A DNA stretch of 64,000 bases, taken from the NCBI GenBank assembly GCA_904398655.1, contig CAJFPF010000066.1:14784-78783 (forward strand), read 5' to 3'. How positions within the stretch are numbered: the first letter of the stretch is position 1; every line of letters starts with the position of its first letter. The DNA is from an uncultured Anaerotruncus sp. (GTDB taxonomy: Bacteria; Bacillota; Clostridia; Oscillospirales; Ruminococcaceae). Below the pieces are notes generated by a model. The model was given only the letters and a program-made list of their open reading frames with translations. It made no database searches and was not told the origin of the DNA. The position numbers were made by a program, and so were the translations under genes. Positions 25,842 to 34,459 of this stretch are shown here, one piece after another.

Positions 25842-27134
25842 ATGATATTTGATCGGGAACATGAGACGATGTCGCGCAAAGAGATCGAATCCCTCCAGCT
25901 GGAGCGGCTGAAGCGGATCGCTCGATACTGCTACGACAACGTGAAGTTCTACCACGACAAATTCGATGCACTGGGTGTCGACCCCGACCGGATCAAAACC
26001 CTCTCCGACATCCAGTACCTTCCGGTTACCACAAAGTCCGACCTGCGGGACAACTACCCCTTTGGCCTGTTTGCGGTGCCCACCAAAAAGATCGTGCGGA
26101 TCCATGCCTCCTCCGGCACCACCGGGAAGCCCACGGTGGTGGGGTACACCAAAAACGATTTGGAGATGTGGTCAGACGTGATGGCCCGGCTGATCACCGC
26201 CGCAGGAGTCAATGACGGGGATATCGCCCAGATCTGCTTTGGCTATGGCCTGTTCACCGGGGCTCTGGGCCTTCACTACGGTCTGGAAAAGGTGGGTGCC
26301 ACAGTGGTCCCCTCCTCCTCCGGCAACAGTGAAAAACAGATCATGCTCATGAAGGATTTTGGCACCACCACCCTCATCGCTACCCCCACTTATGCCCTCT
26401 ACTTGGGGGAATTGGCGCATGAATTGGGGTATAAACTGGAGGATTTCCAACTGCGCATCGGGCTATTCGGCTCCGAGGCCAGCTCTCCGGAGATGCGGAC
26501 CAAAATTGAGGAGAAACTGGGATTGTTCGCCACCGATAACTATGGGATGAGCGAGCTGATTGGTCCCGGCGTTTCAGGTGAATGCGAATATCGGGATGGC
26601 CTGCATATCTCGGAGGACCACTTCCTGGCGGAGGTACTGGACCCCAAAACCTTGGAGCCCAAGGGGGAAGGGGAGGTAGGGGAATTGGTAGTGACTACCC
26701 TCACCAAGGAGGGGATGCCCCTGCTGCGCTACCGCACCCGGGATCTGACTCGGATCAACTATACCCCTTGCCGCTGCGGAAGGACCACTGCCCGCATGGA
26801 TAAGATTATGGGCCGCAGCGACGATATGATTAAACTCAAGGGGGTCAACGTCTTCCCCTCCCAGATTGAAAGTGTTCTCATGCCCATGAGCCAGATCAGC
26901 CCCCATTACATGCTCTATGTGCGGCGAGAGGGATATGCCGACACCTTGGAGGTGCAGGTGGAGCTGGTGGATGGCTCGCTGCTGGAGCGGTATTCCGACT
27001 TGGAAAAGCTGCAACAGACCATCCGGGCCAAGTTGCGGACGGTGTTGGGGATCGATGCCAAAGTTACTCTGGTACAGCCCAAAACCATCGAGCGGTTCCA
27101 GGGCAAAGCCAAGCGGGTGGTGGATCTGCGATAA
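25842..27134 (+). CDS. paaK: Phenylacetate-CoA ligase family protein
   Basis: ATG 25842 follows GGAAAGGAAACGGAG. The protein has MIFDREHETMSRKEIESLQLERLK, the AMP-binding motif SSGTTGKPT, and a PaaK-like C-terminus (GKAKRVVDLR). Confidence 0.85.
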   Translation: MIFDREHETMSRKEIESLQLERLKRIARYCYDNVKFYHDKFDALGVDPDRIKTLSDIQYLPVTTKSDLRDNYPFGLFAVPTKKIVRIHASSGTTGKPTVVGYTKNDLEMWSDVMARLITAAGVNDGDIAQICFGYGLFTGALGLHYGLEKVGATVVPSSSGNSEKQIMLMKDFGTTTLIATPTYALYLGELAHELGYKLEDFQLRIGLFGSEASSPEMRTKIEEKLGLFATDNYGMSELIGPGVSGECEYRDGLHISEDHFLAEVLDPKTLEPKGEGEVGELVVTTLTKEGMPLLRYRTRDLTRINYTPCRCGRTTARMDKIMGRSDDMIKLKGVNVFPSQIESVLMPMSQISPHYMLYVRREGYADTLEVQVELVDGSLLERYSDLEKLQQTIRAKLRTVLGIDAKVTLVQPKTIERFQGKAKRVVDLR

Positions 27135-27171
27135 GTCCTCTGTTCCCAAGTTGGAATTTTGATAAAGGAGT

Positions 27172-28923
27172 ATGGATATGAAACAGTTGATGTTGGGCAA
27201 CCAGGCGGTTGCCAGAGGCCTATATGAGGCCGGCTGCCGGGTGGTATCCAGCTATCCCGGGACCCCTTCCACTGAGATCACAGAGGTGGTCAGCACTTAT
27301 GAAGAGGTATACGCGGAATGGGCCCCCAACGAGAAGGTGGCCTGTGAGGTGGCGTTGGGCGCCTCCATCGGCGGTGCTCGGTCGTTCTGCGGCATGAAGC
27401 ATGTGGGGCTGAATGTGGCAGCTGATCCCTTGTTCACCTCCTCCTATACCGGTGTGGGCGGCGGCTTCATCATTGGCGTGGCGGACGATCAGGGGATGCA
27501 CTCCTCTCAAAATGAACAGGACTCCCGGCACTATGCCATCGCCGCTAAATTGCCCATGGTGGAGCCCTCCGACAGCCAGGAGTGTCTGGATTTTATCAAG
27601 TACGCCTATGACCTGTCGGAGGAGTATGACACGCCGGTGATCTTCCGCACCTGTACCCGTGTGGCCCACTCCCAGAGCATTGTGGAGACAGGGGAGCGCC
27701 AGGAGCGGGAACTGAAACCCTATGAAAAGAATCCTCAAAAATATGTGATGATGCCCGGCAACGCCATCGGCCGCCATGTATTTGTGGAGGAGCGGATGCG
27801 CCGTCTGGCCCAGCTGGCGGAGACCACCCCCCTCAACCGCATTGAGATGGATGACCCCAAGGTGGGAATTATCACCGCCGGCATCTGTTACCAGTATGTC
27901 AAAGAGGCGTTTCCCCATGCCAGCGTCTTAAAATTGGGGATGATCCATCCGTTGCCCCAGGGGCTGATCAAGCAATTTGCCCAGCAGGTGGAGAACGTCT
28001 ATGTGGTGGAGGAGCTGGACCCGGTGATCGAGACCTTCTGCCGCTCCATTGGAATCTCTGTGACTGGGGGAAAGGACCTATTTGGCCTGTTGGGAGAGCT
28101 GTCCCAGCGCAAGGTGGCCGAGAAGATGGGCGCCCCCGTGCCGCAGGGGCGGCAGTTTGACGAACCGGTACCGGTACGGCCTCCTGTCCTTTGCCCCGGC
28201 TGCCCCCACCGCGGCCTGTTCTATATTCTACATAAACTGGGAGTCGTGGTAAGCGGGGATATTGGCTGTTATACCTTAGGGGCGTTGGCGCCGCTGTTTG
28301 CTCTGGATACCACTGTCTGTATGGGGGCGTCGGTCTCCGGGCTCCATGGGTTCAACATCGCCCGGGGGAACGAGTCGGCCAAAAACGCAGTGGCGGTAAT
28401 TGGGGACAGCACCTTTATGCATTCGGGTGTCACCGGCCTCATCGACATCACCTATAACCGCAGCAACTCCACTGTGATCGTACTGGACAACTCCATCACC
28501 GGGATGACCGGGCATCAGCAGAATCCCACCACCGGCCTCACCCTGAAAAACCAGCCCACCCCTCAAGTGAGCATTGAAAAGATCTGTGAGGCCGCCGGCG
28601 TGAAGCGGGTACGGGTGGTGGACCCCAATGAACTCAAGGAGCTGGAACAGGTGATTCGGGAGGAGTTGGCAGCGGAGGAACCCAGCGTAATCATCACCCG
28701 GCGCCCCTGCGCGTTGCTCAAATATGTGAAAGCGAAGCCTCCGCTGGTGATTGATCCGGAAAAGTGCAAAAACTGCAAAGCCTGCATGAAGATTGGCTGT
28801 CCGGCCATCAGTTCGTTCAGCGGCCGTATGGCCATTGATGAAACCCTCTGTGTGGGATGTGATCTATGCAAAACCATGTGCGCCTTCGGGGCGATCAAAT
28901 CTTCTGTGGAGGTGGAGCAGTGA
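27172..28923 (+). CDS. iorA: Indolepyruvate:ferredoxin oxidoreductase alpha subunit
   Basis: 583 aa. A TPP-binding region (GDSTFMHSG) and two C-terminal ferredoxin motifs, CKNCKACMKIGCP and CVGCDLCKTMC. Confidence 0.85.
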   Translation: MDMKQLMLGNQAVARGLYEAGCRVVSSYPGTPSTEITEVVSTYEEVYAEWAPNEKVACEVALGASIGGARSFCGMKHVGLNVAADPLFTSSYTGVGGGFIIGVADDQGMHSSQNEQDSRHYAIAAKLPMVEPSDSQECLDFIKYAYDLSEEYDTPVIFRTCTRVAHSQSIVETGERQERELKPYEKNPQKYVMMPGNAIGRHVFVEERMRRLAQLAETTPLNRIEMDDPKVGIITAGICYQYVKEAFPHASVLKLGMIHPLPQGLIKQFAQQVENVYVVEELDPVIETFCRSIGISVTGGKDLFGLLGELSQRKVAEKMGAPVPQGRQFDEPVPVRPPVLCPGCPHRGLFYILHKLGVVVSGDIGCYTLGALAPLFALDTTVCMGASVSGLHGFNIARGNESAKNAVAVIGDSTFMHSGVTGLIDITYNRSNSTVIVLDNSITGMTGHQQNPTTGLTLKNQPTPQVSIEKICEAAGVKRVRVVDPNELKELEQVIREELAAEEPSVIITRRPCALLKYVKAKPPLVIDPEKCKNCKACMKIGCPAISSFSGRMAIDETLCVGCDLCKTMCAFGAIKSSVEVEQ

Positions 28924-29510
28924 TGTCGCAGGTGAAAAGTGTCATGATTGTGGGAGTGGGCGGCCAGGGCACCCTGCTGGCCTCCAAAATCCTGGGCAAT
29001 GTTTTGATGTCCCAGGGGTATGATGTGAAGGTCTCCGAGGTCCATGGCATGTCCCAGCGGGGCGGCAGCGTGGTGACCTATGTAAAATATGGAGATAAGG
29101 TCTATTCCCCGGTGGTGGAGATTGGGGAGGCGGATGCCATCATCAGTTTTGAGTCCCTGGAGGCGGCCCGCTGGCTGCCCTATCTGAAGCAGGATGGAAA
29201 GCTGATTGTCAATACCCAGCAGATTGCCCCCATGCCAGTAGTCACCGGCGCGATGTCCTATCCCCAACAGGTCATTGAGAAGATCCGGGCCAAGGGGGTG
29301 GACCTTTTGGCGCTGGACGCCCTCTCTTTGGCGGAGCAGGCGGGCAGCGCCAAGGCGGTCAACGTCGTGCTCATGGGGGTGCTGTCGGTCCTGCTTCATT
29401 TTCCGGAGGAGGTCTGGCAGAGCGCCTTGGAACAGTGCGTTCCGCCCAAGTTCCTGGAATTGAACCGGAAGGCGTTCGCGTTGGGGCGCAGTGCTCAGGA
29501 GGCTCTATGA
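28923..29510 (+). CDS. iorB: Indolepyruvate:ferredoxin oxidoreductase beta subunit
   Basis: The ATG at 28923 overlaps the iorA TGA. MSQVKSVMIVGVGGQGTLLASKILG is typical of the IorB / OFOR gamma-like fold. Confidence 0.85.
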   Translation: MSQVKSVMIVGVGGQGTLLASKILGNVLMSQGYDVKVSEVHGMSQRGGSVVTYVKYGDKVYSPVVEIGEADAIISFESLEAARWLPYLKQDGKLIVNTQQIAPMPVVTGAMSYPQQVIEKIRAKGVDLLALDALSLAEQAGSAKAVNVVLMGVLSVLLHFPEEVWQSALEQCVPPKFLELNRKAFALGRSAQEAL

Positions 29511-29545
29511 GGGCGGCGTGGAGGAAATATTTTCTCCCAATGCAC

Positions 29546-29574
29546 TTTTCAAGTTCCCCGGATTGTGCTATACT
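29546..29574 (+). promoter_or_regulatory. Candidate internal promoter with an extended -10
   Basis: TTTTCA (29546-29551), a 17-nt spacer, then TGcTATACT (29566-29574). Confidence 0.35.
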
Positions 29575-29626
29575 GGGTCTGTACAGAAACTTTTCGTCTT
29601 GAGATTGGCAAAAGGGGTGTGACGAT

Positions 29627-30052
29627 ATGGTATTAAAGCAGCTGTCTGTCTTTGTGGAGAACCGGCAGGGCCGCCTCTGGGAGGTCACCAATACGCTGGC
29701 TGCACATGGGATTGATATTCGCGCGCTTTCCATTGCTGACACCACTGATTTCGGGATCTTGAGGTTGATTGTCAGCCGCCCTGCCCAAGCGGAGCAGGTC
29801 CTGCGGGAACAGGGATTCACCGTTTCCCAGACCGATGTGTTGGGCATTGGGATCCAGGACCAGCCGGGCGGCCTGTCCTCCGCGCTGCTGGTGCTGAAGG
29901 AGGCAGGCATTGAAGTGGAGTACATGTATGCCTTTATCAGCAAAGCGGACGAAACCGCGTTTGTCATTTTGCGGGTGGAGCCCATTGAGCGGGCAGCGGA
30001 GATCCTTGCCCGGAATGGGGTCCTTCTGCTGCGGGACCAAAATATTTATTGA
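29627..30052 (+). CDS. Tandem ACT-domain protein
   Basis: 141 aa. VLKQLSVFVENRQGRLWEVTNTLAAHGIDIRALSIADT plus a second repeat, GIGIQDQPGGLSSALLVLKEAGIEVEYMYAF. It is the usual partner of paaK-iorAB clusters. Confidence 0.8.
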   Translation: MVLKQLSVFVENRQGRLWEVTNTLAAHGIDIRALSIADTTDFGILRLIVSRPAQAEQVLREQGFTVSQTDVLGIGIQDQPGGLSSALLVLKEAGIEVEYMYAFISKADETAFVILRVEPIERAAEILARNGVLLLRDQNIY

Positions 30053-30069
30053 AGGGTTCGGAGGAAAAA

Positions 30070-30555
30070 GTGTCCATCGAGAAAGTTAAAAAGTTTTTTC
30101 AGGAAATTGGCCGAGAAGGGGACGTTTTGGAGTTCCCCGTTTCCAGCGCTACGGTAGAGCTGGCTGCCCAAGCGGTGGGCGTCATTCCAGCACGGATTGC
30201 AAAGACCCTCTCTTTCCGCAGAGGGGATTCCTGTATGCTGATTGTGGCGGCAGGGGACGCCCGGATTGATAACCGGAAATTCAAGGCGGAGTTTGGCTTC
30301 AAAGCAAGTATGCCTACCCCCGAAGAGGTCCTGGAGCAGACAGGCCATGCGGTGGGAGGCGTTTGCCCGTTCGCCATTGAAAATGACCGGGTGGAGACAT
30401 TCCTGGACGTCTCCCTGCGCCGGTTTGATACGGTGTTTCCGGCGGCCGGAAGCAGCAACTCTGCCATCGAGTTGACATGTGACGAGCTGTTTGAGTATGC
30501 CCGTGCGGTCAAATGGGTGGATGTCTGCAAAGACTGGGAGGGCGCTGAAAAGTAA
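30070..30555 (+). CDS. YbaK/aminoacyl-tRNA deacylase-domain protein
   Basis: GTG 30070 follows GGAGGA. The sequence is YbaK/ProX-like (AKTLSFRRGDSCMLIVAAGDARIDNRKFK...GHAVGGVCPF). Confidence 0.7.
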   Translation: MSIEKVKKFFQEIGREGDVLEFPVSSATVELAAQAVGVIPARIAKTLSFRRGDSCMLIVAAGDARIDNRKFKAEFGFKASMPTPEEVLEQTGHAVGGVCPFAIENDRVETFLDVSLRRFDTVFPAAGSSNSAIELTCDELFEYARAVKWVDVCKDWEGAEK

Positions 30556-30631
30556 TCTTCCCAGCCAGAGGATACCGCCTTTCCCCAAAGGGGAGCTGCG
30601 GTGTAGTTTCCATCATTTAGGAGGTCAAAAG

Positions 30632-30850
30632 ATGTTTCAATCCATGGAAAAGTTCGTAAAACGGGCGATCTCCATGTTGTTGGCGGCGTTGACCGCAGTA
30701 GCCCTGGGGCTACCCGTCTTCGCGTTGCCCCCCACGGGGGACGGCAGCTCTACAATGATTCCTGTCATGGTGGGCCTTTTGGGGCTCTCCGTTGTATTGA
30801 TCATTGTGTATGTAATTCTCTCCGGCAAAAAGAAGAAGGGACGACGTTAA
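30632..30850 (+). CDS. 72-aa ORF consisting of a signal peptide fused directly to an LPPTG sortase sorting signal
   Basis: ATG 30632 follows AGGAGG. MFQSMEKFVKRAISMLLAALTAVALGLPVFA | LPPTG | DGSSTMIPVMVGLLGLSVVLIIVYVILSG | KKKKGRR. A terminator follows. Confidence 0.6.
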   Translation: MFQSMEKFVKRAISMLLAALTAVALGLPVFALPPTGDGSSTMIPVMVGLLGLSVVLIIVYVILSGKKKKGRR

Positions 30851-30873
30851 AGACCTGTATGCAATTTGCAGCC

Positions 30874-30916
30874 ATGCCCCAGCCGTTCCGTTTCTCTGCG
30901 GAGGCTGGGGCATTTT
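30874..30916 (+). terminator. Rho-independent terminator
   Basis: 11-bp stem ATGCCCCAGCC (30874-30884) / GGCTGGGGCAT (30903-30913), followed by TTTT. Confidence 0.75.
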
Positions 30917-30986
30917 GTGATAAAGAGACTTTAGCAAGCTGCATTGTAAAAGTAACGGCGACAATTTTGGGAATTTTTCCATTCTA

Positions 30987-31015
30987 TTGTATAAACTTCG
31001 CTAGCGTGTTATAAT
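30987..31015 (+). promoter_or_regulatory. Candidate sigma-A promoter (consensus -10 with a TG extension)
   Basis: TTGTAT (30987-30992), a 17-nt spacer, then TATAAT (31010-31015) preceded by TGT. Confidence 0.55.
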
Positions 31016-31030
31016 GAAACGAACGATTTT

Positions 31031-31726
31031 ATGGGGGTGAGGCGGTTGTTGGACCGGCTGAAAAGAATCGTTGCTGTGGTGGGACACTATGGCAGTGGGA
31101 AAACGAATCTGGCGGTAAACCTGGCTGTGGACCTGAAGGCCGCAGGTAAGCAGGTGGTGCTGGTGGATTTGGATATTGTCAATCCCTACTTCCGCAGCGC
31201 GGATTTTGCAGAACAGATGCACGCCAGGGGGATCGAGACGATCCTGCCGGTCTATGCCCGCTCCAACTTGGATATCCCGGCCCTCACCGCCGAACTGGAC
31301 GGTGCGATTGATACAGGCAAGACTCTGGTGATCGATGTGGGCGGGGACGATGCTGGCGCGGCGGCCCTTGGGCGCTATAGCCACGCTATTCGGGAGGCCG
31401 GCGGGTGCGACCTGCTCTGTGTGGTGAACCAGTACCGCTACCTGACCAGGACGCCGGAACAAGCAGATGAAATCCTGGAGCAAATCCAGGCCGCTTCCCG
31501 GATGCAGGTCACCGGCGTGGTCAACAACTCCAATCTGGCCTATGAGACCAGCGCGGAGGATGTACTGGCCACCATTCCCTTTGCCCAGCAGGTGGCGGAC
31601 CGTTACAGGGTGCCGCTGGTATTTACCACTGTACGCCGGGATCTTTTCCAAGCGGCCAAGCAGGCTGACGTCCATCGGGAGTTCTATCCCGTAGACATAT
31701 ACGTCAAAAAAATCTGGGAAGAGTGA
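31031..31726 (+). CDS. P-loop NTPase (MinD/ParA/CooC-like)
   Basis: 231-aa ORF with IVAVVGHYGSGKTNLAVNLAVDLKAAGKQVVLVDLD. The start is probably TTG 31046 or 31049, after GGGGGTGAGG, because ATG 31031 is only about 15 nt from the -10. Confidence 0.7.
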   Translation: MGVRRLLDRLKRIVAVVGHYGSGKTNLAVNLAVDLKAAGKQVVLVDLDIVNPYFRSADFAEQMHARGIETILPVYARSNLDIPALTAELDGAIDTGKTLVIDVGGDDAGAAALGRYSHAIREAGGCDLLCVVNQYRYLTRTPEQADEILEQIQAASRMQVTGVVNNSNLAYETSAEDVLATIPFAQQVADRYRVPLVFTTVRRDLFQAAKQADVHREFYPVDIYVKKIWEE

Positions 31727-31758
31727 GTGCTTTAAAATTTTGAAGGAGGTGTGTTGGG

Positions 31759-31965
31759 ATGGCGAAGATGACGGTAAATCAGGACCGTTGCAAAGGTTGC
31801 GGCTTGTGCGTTGAGGTTTGCCCCAAGAAGATCATTTCGCTGGACAAAAGCGTACTGAACGCCAAGGGTTACCATCCGGCGGTTGTGTCGGACATGGGTC
31901 AGTGCATCGGGTGCGCCATGTGCGCGTTGATGTGTCCGGACTGCGCAATCACCGTGGAAAAGTGA
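31759..31965 (+). CDS. 2-oxoacid:ferredoxin oxidoreductase delta subunit (2x[4Fe-4S] ferredoxin)
   Basis: 68 aa with CKGCGLCVEVCP and CIGCAMCALMCP. Confidence 0.85.
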   Translation: MAKMTVNQDRCKGCGLCVEVCPKKIISLDKSVLNAKGYHPAVVSDMGQCIGCAMCALMCPDCAITVEK

Positions 31966-32007
31966 CAGGTTCGGCTTTGAAAGTGCAATACGAAAGGCAG
32001 TGAAAGA

Positions 32008-33081
32008 ATGGCTTCCAGTCAAAAAGTTTTGATGAAAGGAAATGAAGCGCTGGCGGAAGCGGCCATCCAGGCCGGTTGCCGGCACTTCTTTGGTTATCCC
32101 ATCACCCCTCAGACGGAAGTGGCTGCGTATATGGCCAAGCGGATGCCCAAGATTGGCGGTACATATCTGCAGGCGGAGTCTGAGGTGGCGGCAATCAACA
32201 TGGTCTATGGCGCTTCCTCGGCTGGTGTGCGCGCCATGACCTCCTCCTCCTCTCCGGGCATCTCCCTGAAGACCGAGGGGATCTCCTACCTGGCGGGCGC
32301 GGACCTGCCCTGTTTGATTATCAACGTCCAGCGGGGCGGCCCCGGTTTGGGCGGCATCCAGCCCTCCCAGGCGGACTATTGGCAGGCCACCCGTGCTCCC
32401 GGCCATGGCGACTTGCATATCCTGGTGTTCGCGCCGGCGACCATTCAGGAGATGGTAGACCTGGTGTTTGACGCCTTTGAGCTGGCGGATACCTACCGGA
32501 TGCCTGCTATGATCCTGGCAGACGGCATGCTGGGCCAGATGATGGAGCCGGTAATCTTCCCTGAAAAGCAGGTTACCCCCATTGACAAGAGCGGATGGGC
32601 CACCACCGGCACCCAGTGCCAGCGGCCTCACCATGTGACCAACTCCCTGTTCCTCCAGCCCGATCAGTTGGAGCAGAAGGTGGTGGAGCGGTTTGAGCGG
32701 TATGCCCAGATCCAGGAGAAACACACCCGGTGCGAGGAGTACCTCACCGAGGATGCGGAGTATGTAGTGGTAGCCTATGGTGCCACAGCCCGGATCGCCC
32801 GCAGCGCGGTGAATGCTGCTCGGGAACAGGGAATCAAGGCGGGCTTGATCCGTCCCATCACCCTGTGGCCCTATCCTTCTGCGGCCATTTCTGCCGCTGT
32901 GGATCGGGGGGCCAAAGGCTTCCTGTCCGTGGAGATGAGCATGGGGCAGATGGTGGATGACGTTCGCCTGGCGGTGAACGGCCGGGCCCAGGTCGCCTTC
33001 TTTGGCCGCACTGGAGGCATCATCCCCACTCCGGCCGAGGTGTTGGAGCATATTCAGAAATTGGCAGGAGGTGAGCGGTAA
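32008..33081 (+). CDS. 2-oxoacid:ferredoxin oxidoreductase alpha subunit
   Basis: 357 aa. GNEALAEAAIQAGCRHFFGYPITPQTE is typical of the KorA/VorB/PorA family. Substrate cannot be determined from sequence alone. Confidence 0.85.
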   Translation: MASSQKVLMKGNEALAEAAIQAGCRHFFGYPITPQTEVAAYMAKRMPKIGGTYLQAESEVAAINMVYGASSAGVRAMTSSSSPGISLKTEGISYLAGADLPCLIINVQRGGPGLGGIQPSQADYWQATRAPGHGDLHILVFAPATIQEMVDLVFDAFELADTYRMPAMILADGMLGQMMEPVIFPEKQVTPIDKSGWATTGTQCQRPHHVTNSLFLQPDQLEQKVVERFERYAQIQEKHTRCEEYLTEDAEYVVVAYGATARIARSAVNAAREQGIKAGLIRPITLWPYPSAAISAAVDRGAKGFLSVEMSMGQMVDDVRLAVNGRAQVAFFGRTGGIIPTPAEVLEHIQKLAGGER

Positions 33082-33839
33082 TGGCGGTTGTCTATCAGAG
33101 ACCCCATTCGTTGATTGATATCCCCACCCACTACTGTCCCGGTTGTACCCATGGCATCATCCACAAGCTGGTGGCACAGGCGATGGACGATCTGGGGGTA
33201 GAGGGGAAGGCCGTGGGCGTTGCCCCTGTGGGCTGCTCGGTTATGGCCTATGACTACTTTAACTGTGATATGCTGGAGGCCGCCCATGGCCGTGCCCCGG
33301 CGGTGGCCACCGGCCTGAAACGGGCTCTGCCGGACAACCTGATCTTTACCTATCAGGGCGACGGCGACCTGGCCGCCATCGGTACAGCGGAGACGGTGCA
33401 TGCGGCCACCCGCGGTGAAAACATCACGGTGATCTTTGTGAACAATGCCATCTATGGTATGACTGGCGGCCAGATGGCTCCCACCACCTTGCCTGGCCAG
33501 GTGACCCAGACCACCCCCTATGGGCGGGACATCCATACTGCGGGATTCCCCATTCGGGTCTGTGAGATGCTCTCCACCCTGTCCGGTGTGGCCTATGCCG
33601 AGCGGGTGGCGGTGGATACCATCCCCAATATCCGCAAAGCCCAGGCGGCGATCAAAAAGGCGTTCACCTGCCAGCTGGAGAAGAAGGGCTTCTCCATTGT
33701 GGAGATCCTGTCCACCTGCCCCACCAACTGGGGCCTCTCTCCCAAGGAGGCGCTCCAGTGGCTGCGTGACAACATGATGCCCTATTATCCGCTAGGCGTC
33801 TATACCGACAGAACAGAAAAGGGGGTCCGGCCGGAATGA
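33081..33839 (+). CDS. 2-oxoacid:ferredoxin oxidoreductase beta subunit (TPP-binding)
   Basis: 252 aa with YCPGCTHG and the TPP motif QGDGDLAAIG...NNAIYGMTGGQ. Confidence 0.85.
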   Translation: MAVVYQRPHSLIDIPTHYCPGCTHGIIHKLVAQAMDDLGVEGKAVGVAPVGCSVMAYDYFNCDMLEAAHGRAPAVATGLKRALPDNLIFTYQGDGDLAAIGTAETVHAATRGENITVIFVNNAIYGMTGGQMAPTTLPGQVTQTTPYGRDIHTAGFPIRVCEMLSTLSGVAYAERVAVDTIPNIRKAQAAIKKAFTCQLEKKGFSIVEILSTCPTNWGLSPKEALQWLRDNMMPYYPLGVYTDRTEKGVRPE

Positions 33840-34360
33840 ACATCCTGTTAGCTGGGTTTGGTGGGCAGGGCGTCCTGTTCGCCGGCAAAGTGATGGCTTA
33901 TTCTGGGCTGCTGGAGGAGAAATATGTCTCCTGGCTGCCCTCCTATGGACCGGAGATGCGCGGCGGCACCGCCAACTGCTCGGTCTGCATTTCGGATCAG
34001 CCCATCGGCTCTCCGCTGGTGCTGAATCCAGATGTGCTCATTGCCATGAACCTGCCCTCCTATGACAAGTTCATCGACGCAGTGGTGCCCGGCGGCATCG
34101 CTGTCATCGACAGCTCCTTGATCAACAAGAAGTGCACCCGCACCGATATCCAGTGCTTCTATGTGCCCGCCACCGAGTTGGCGGATGAGAAGGGCCTGCA
34201 TGGGCTTGCCAACAACATCATTGTGGGTAAGGTGCTCAAAGAGACCGGCTTTGCAAAGACCGAGACGGTGGAGGCCGCTATGGCCAAATGCGTTCCCGCT
34301 AAGAAACAGCACCTGCTGGAGCCCAACATCAATGCGGTCAAATTGGGCATGAGCCTATAA
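33836..34360 (+). CDS. 2-oxoacid:ferredoxin oxidoreductase gamma subunit
   Basis: 174 aa with LLAGFGGQGVLFAGKV and SYGPEMRGG. Confidence 0.85.
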   Translation: MNILLAGFGGQGVLFAGKVMAYSGLLEEKYVSWLPSYGPEMRGGTANCSVCISDQPIGSPLVLNPDVLIAMNLPSYDKFIDAVVPGGIAVIDSSLINKKCTRTDIQCFYVPATELADEKGLHGLANNIIVGKVLKETGFAKTETVEAAMAKCVPAKKQHLLEPNINAVKLGMSL

Positions 34361-34390
34361 TAAAACGTAAGCAGGCGATTTCCAGCCATC

Positions 34391-34426
34391 AAAAAGCGCC
34401 TCCACCACTTGGTGGGGGCGCTTTTC
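34391..34426. terminator. Bidirectional Rho-independent terminator
   Basis: 12-bp stem AGCGCCTCCACC / GGTGGGGGCGCT (one G-U pair) with loop ACTT. It is flanked by AAAAA upstream and TTTT downstream, between convergent genes. Confidence 0.8.
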
Positions 34427-34459
34427 TCTGTCTGATCTCTATATTAAAAAAGAATGGCC

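Noticed and set aside
25616-25879. 87-aa minus-strand ORF spanning the paaK / DUF5685 intergenic region.
   Set aside because: Its TTG start lies inside the paaK coding region on the opposite strand. It covers the AT-rich promoter region and has no convincing RBS or recognisable motif.
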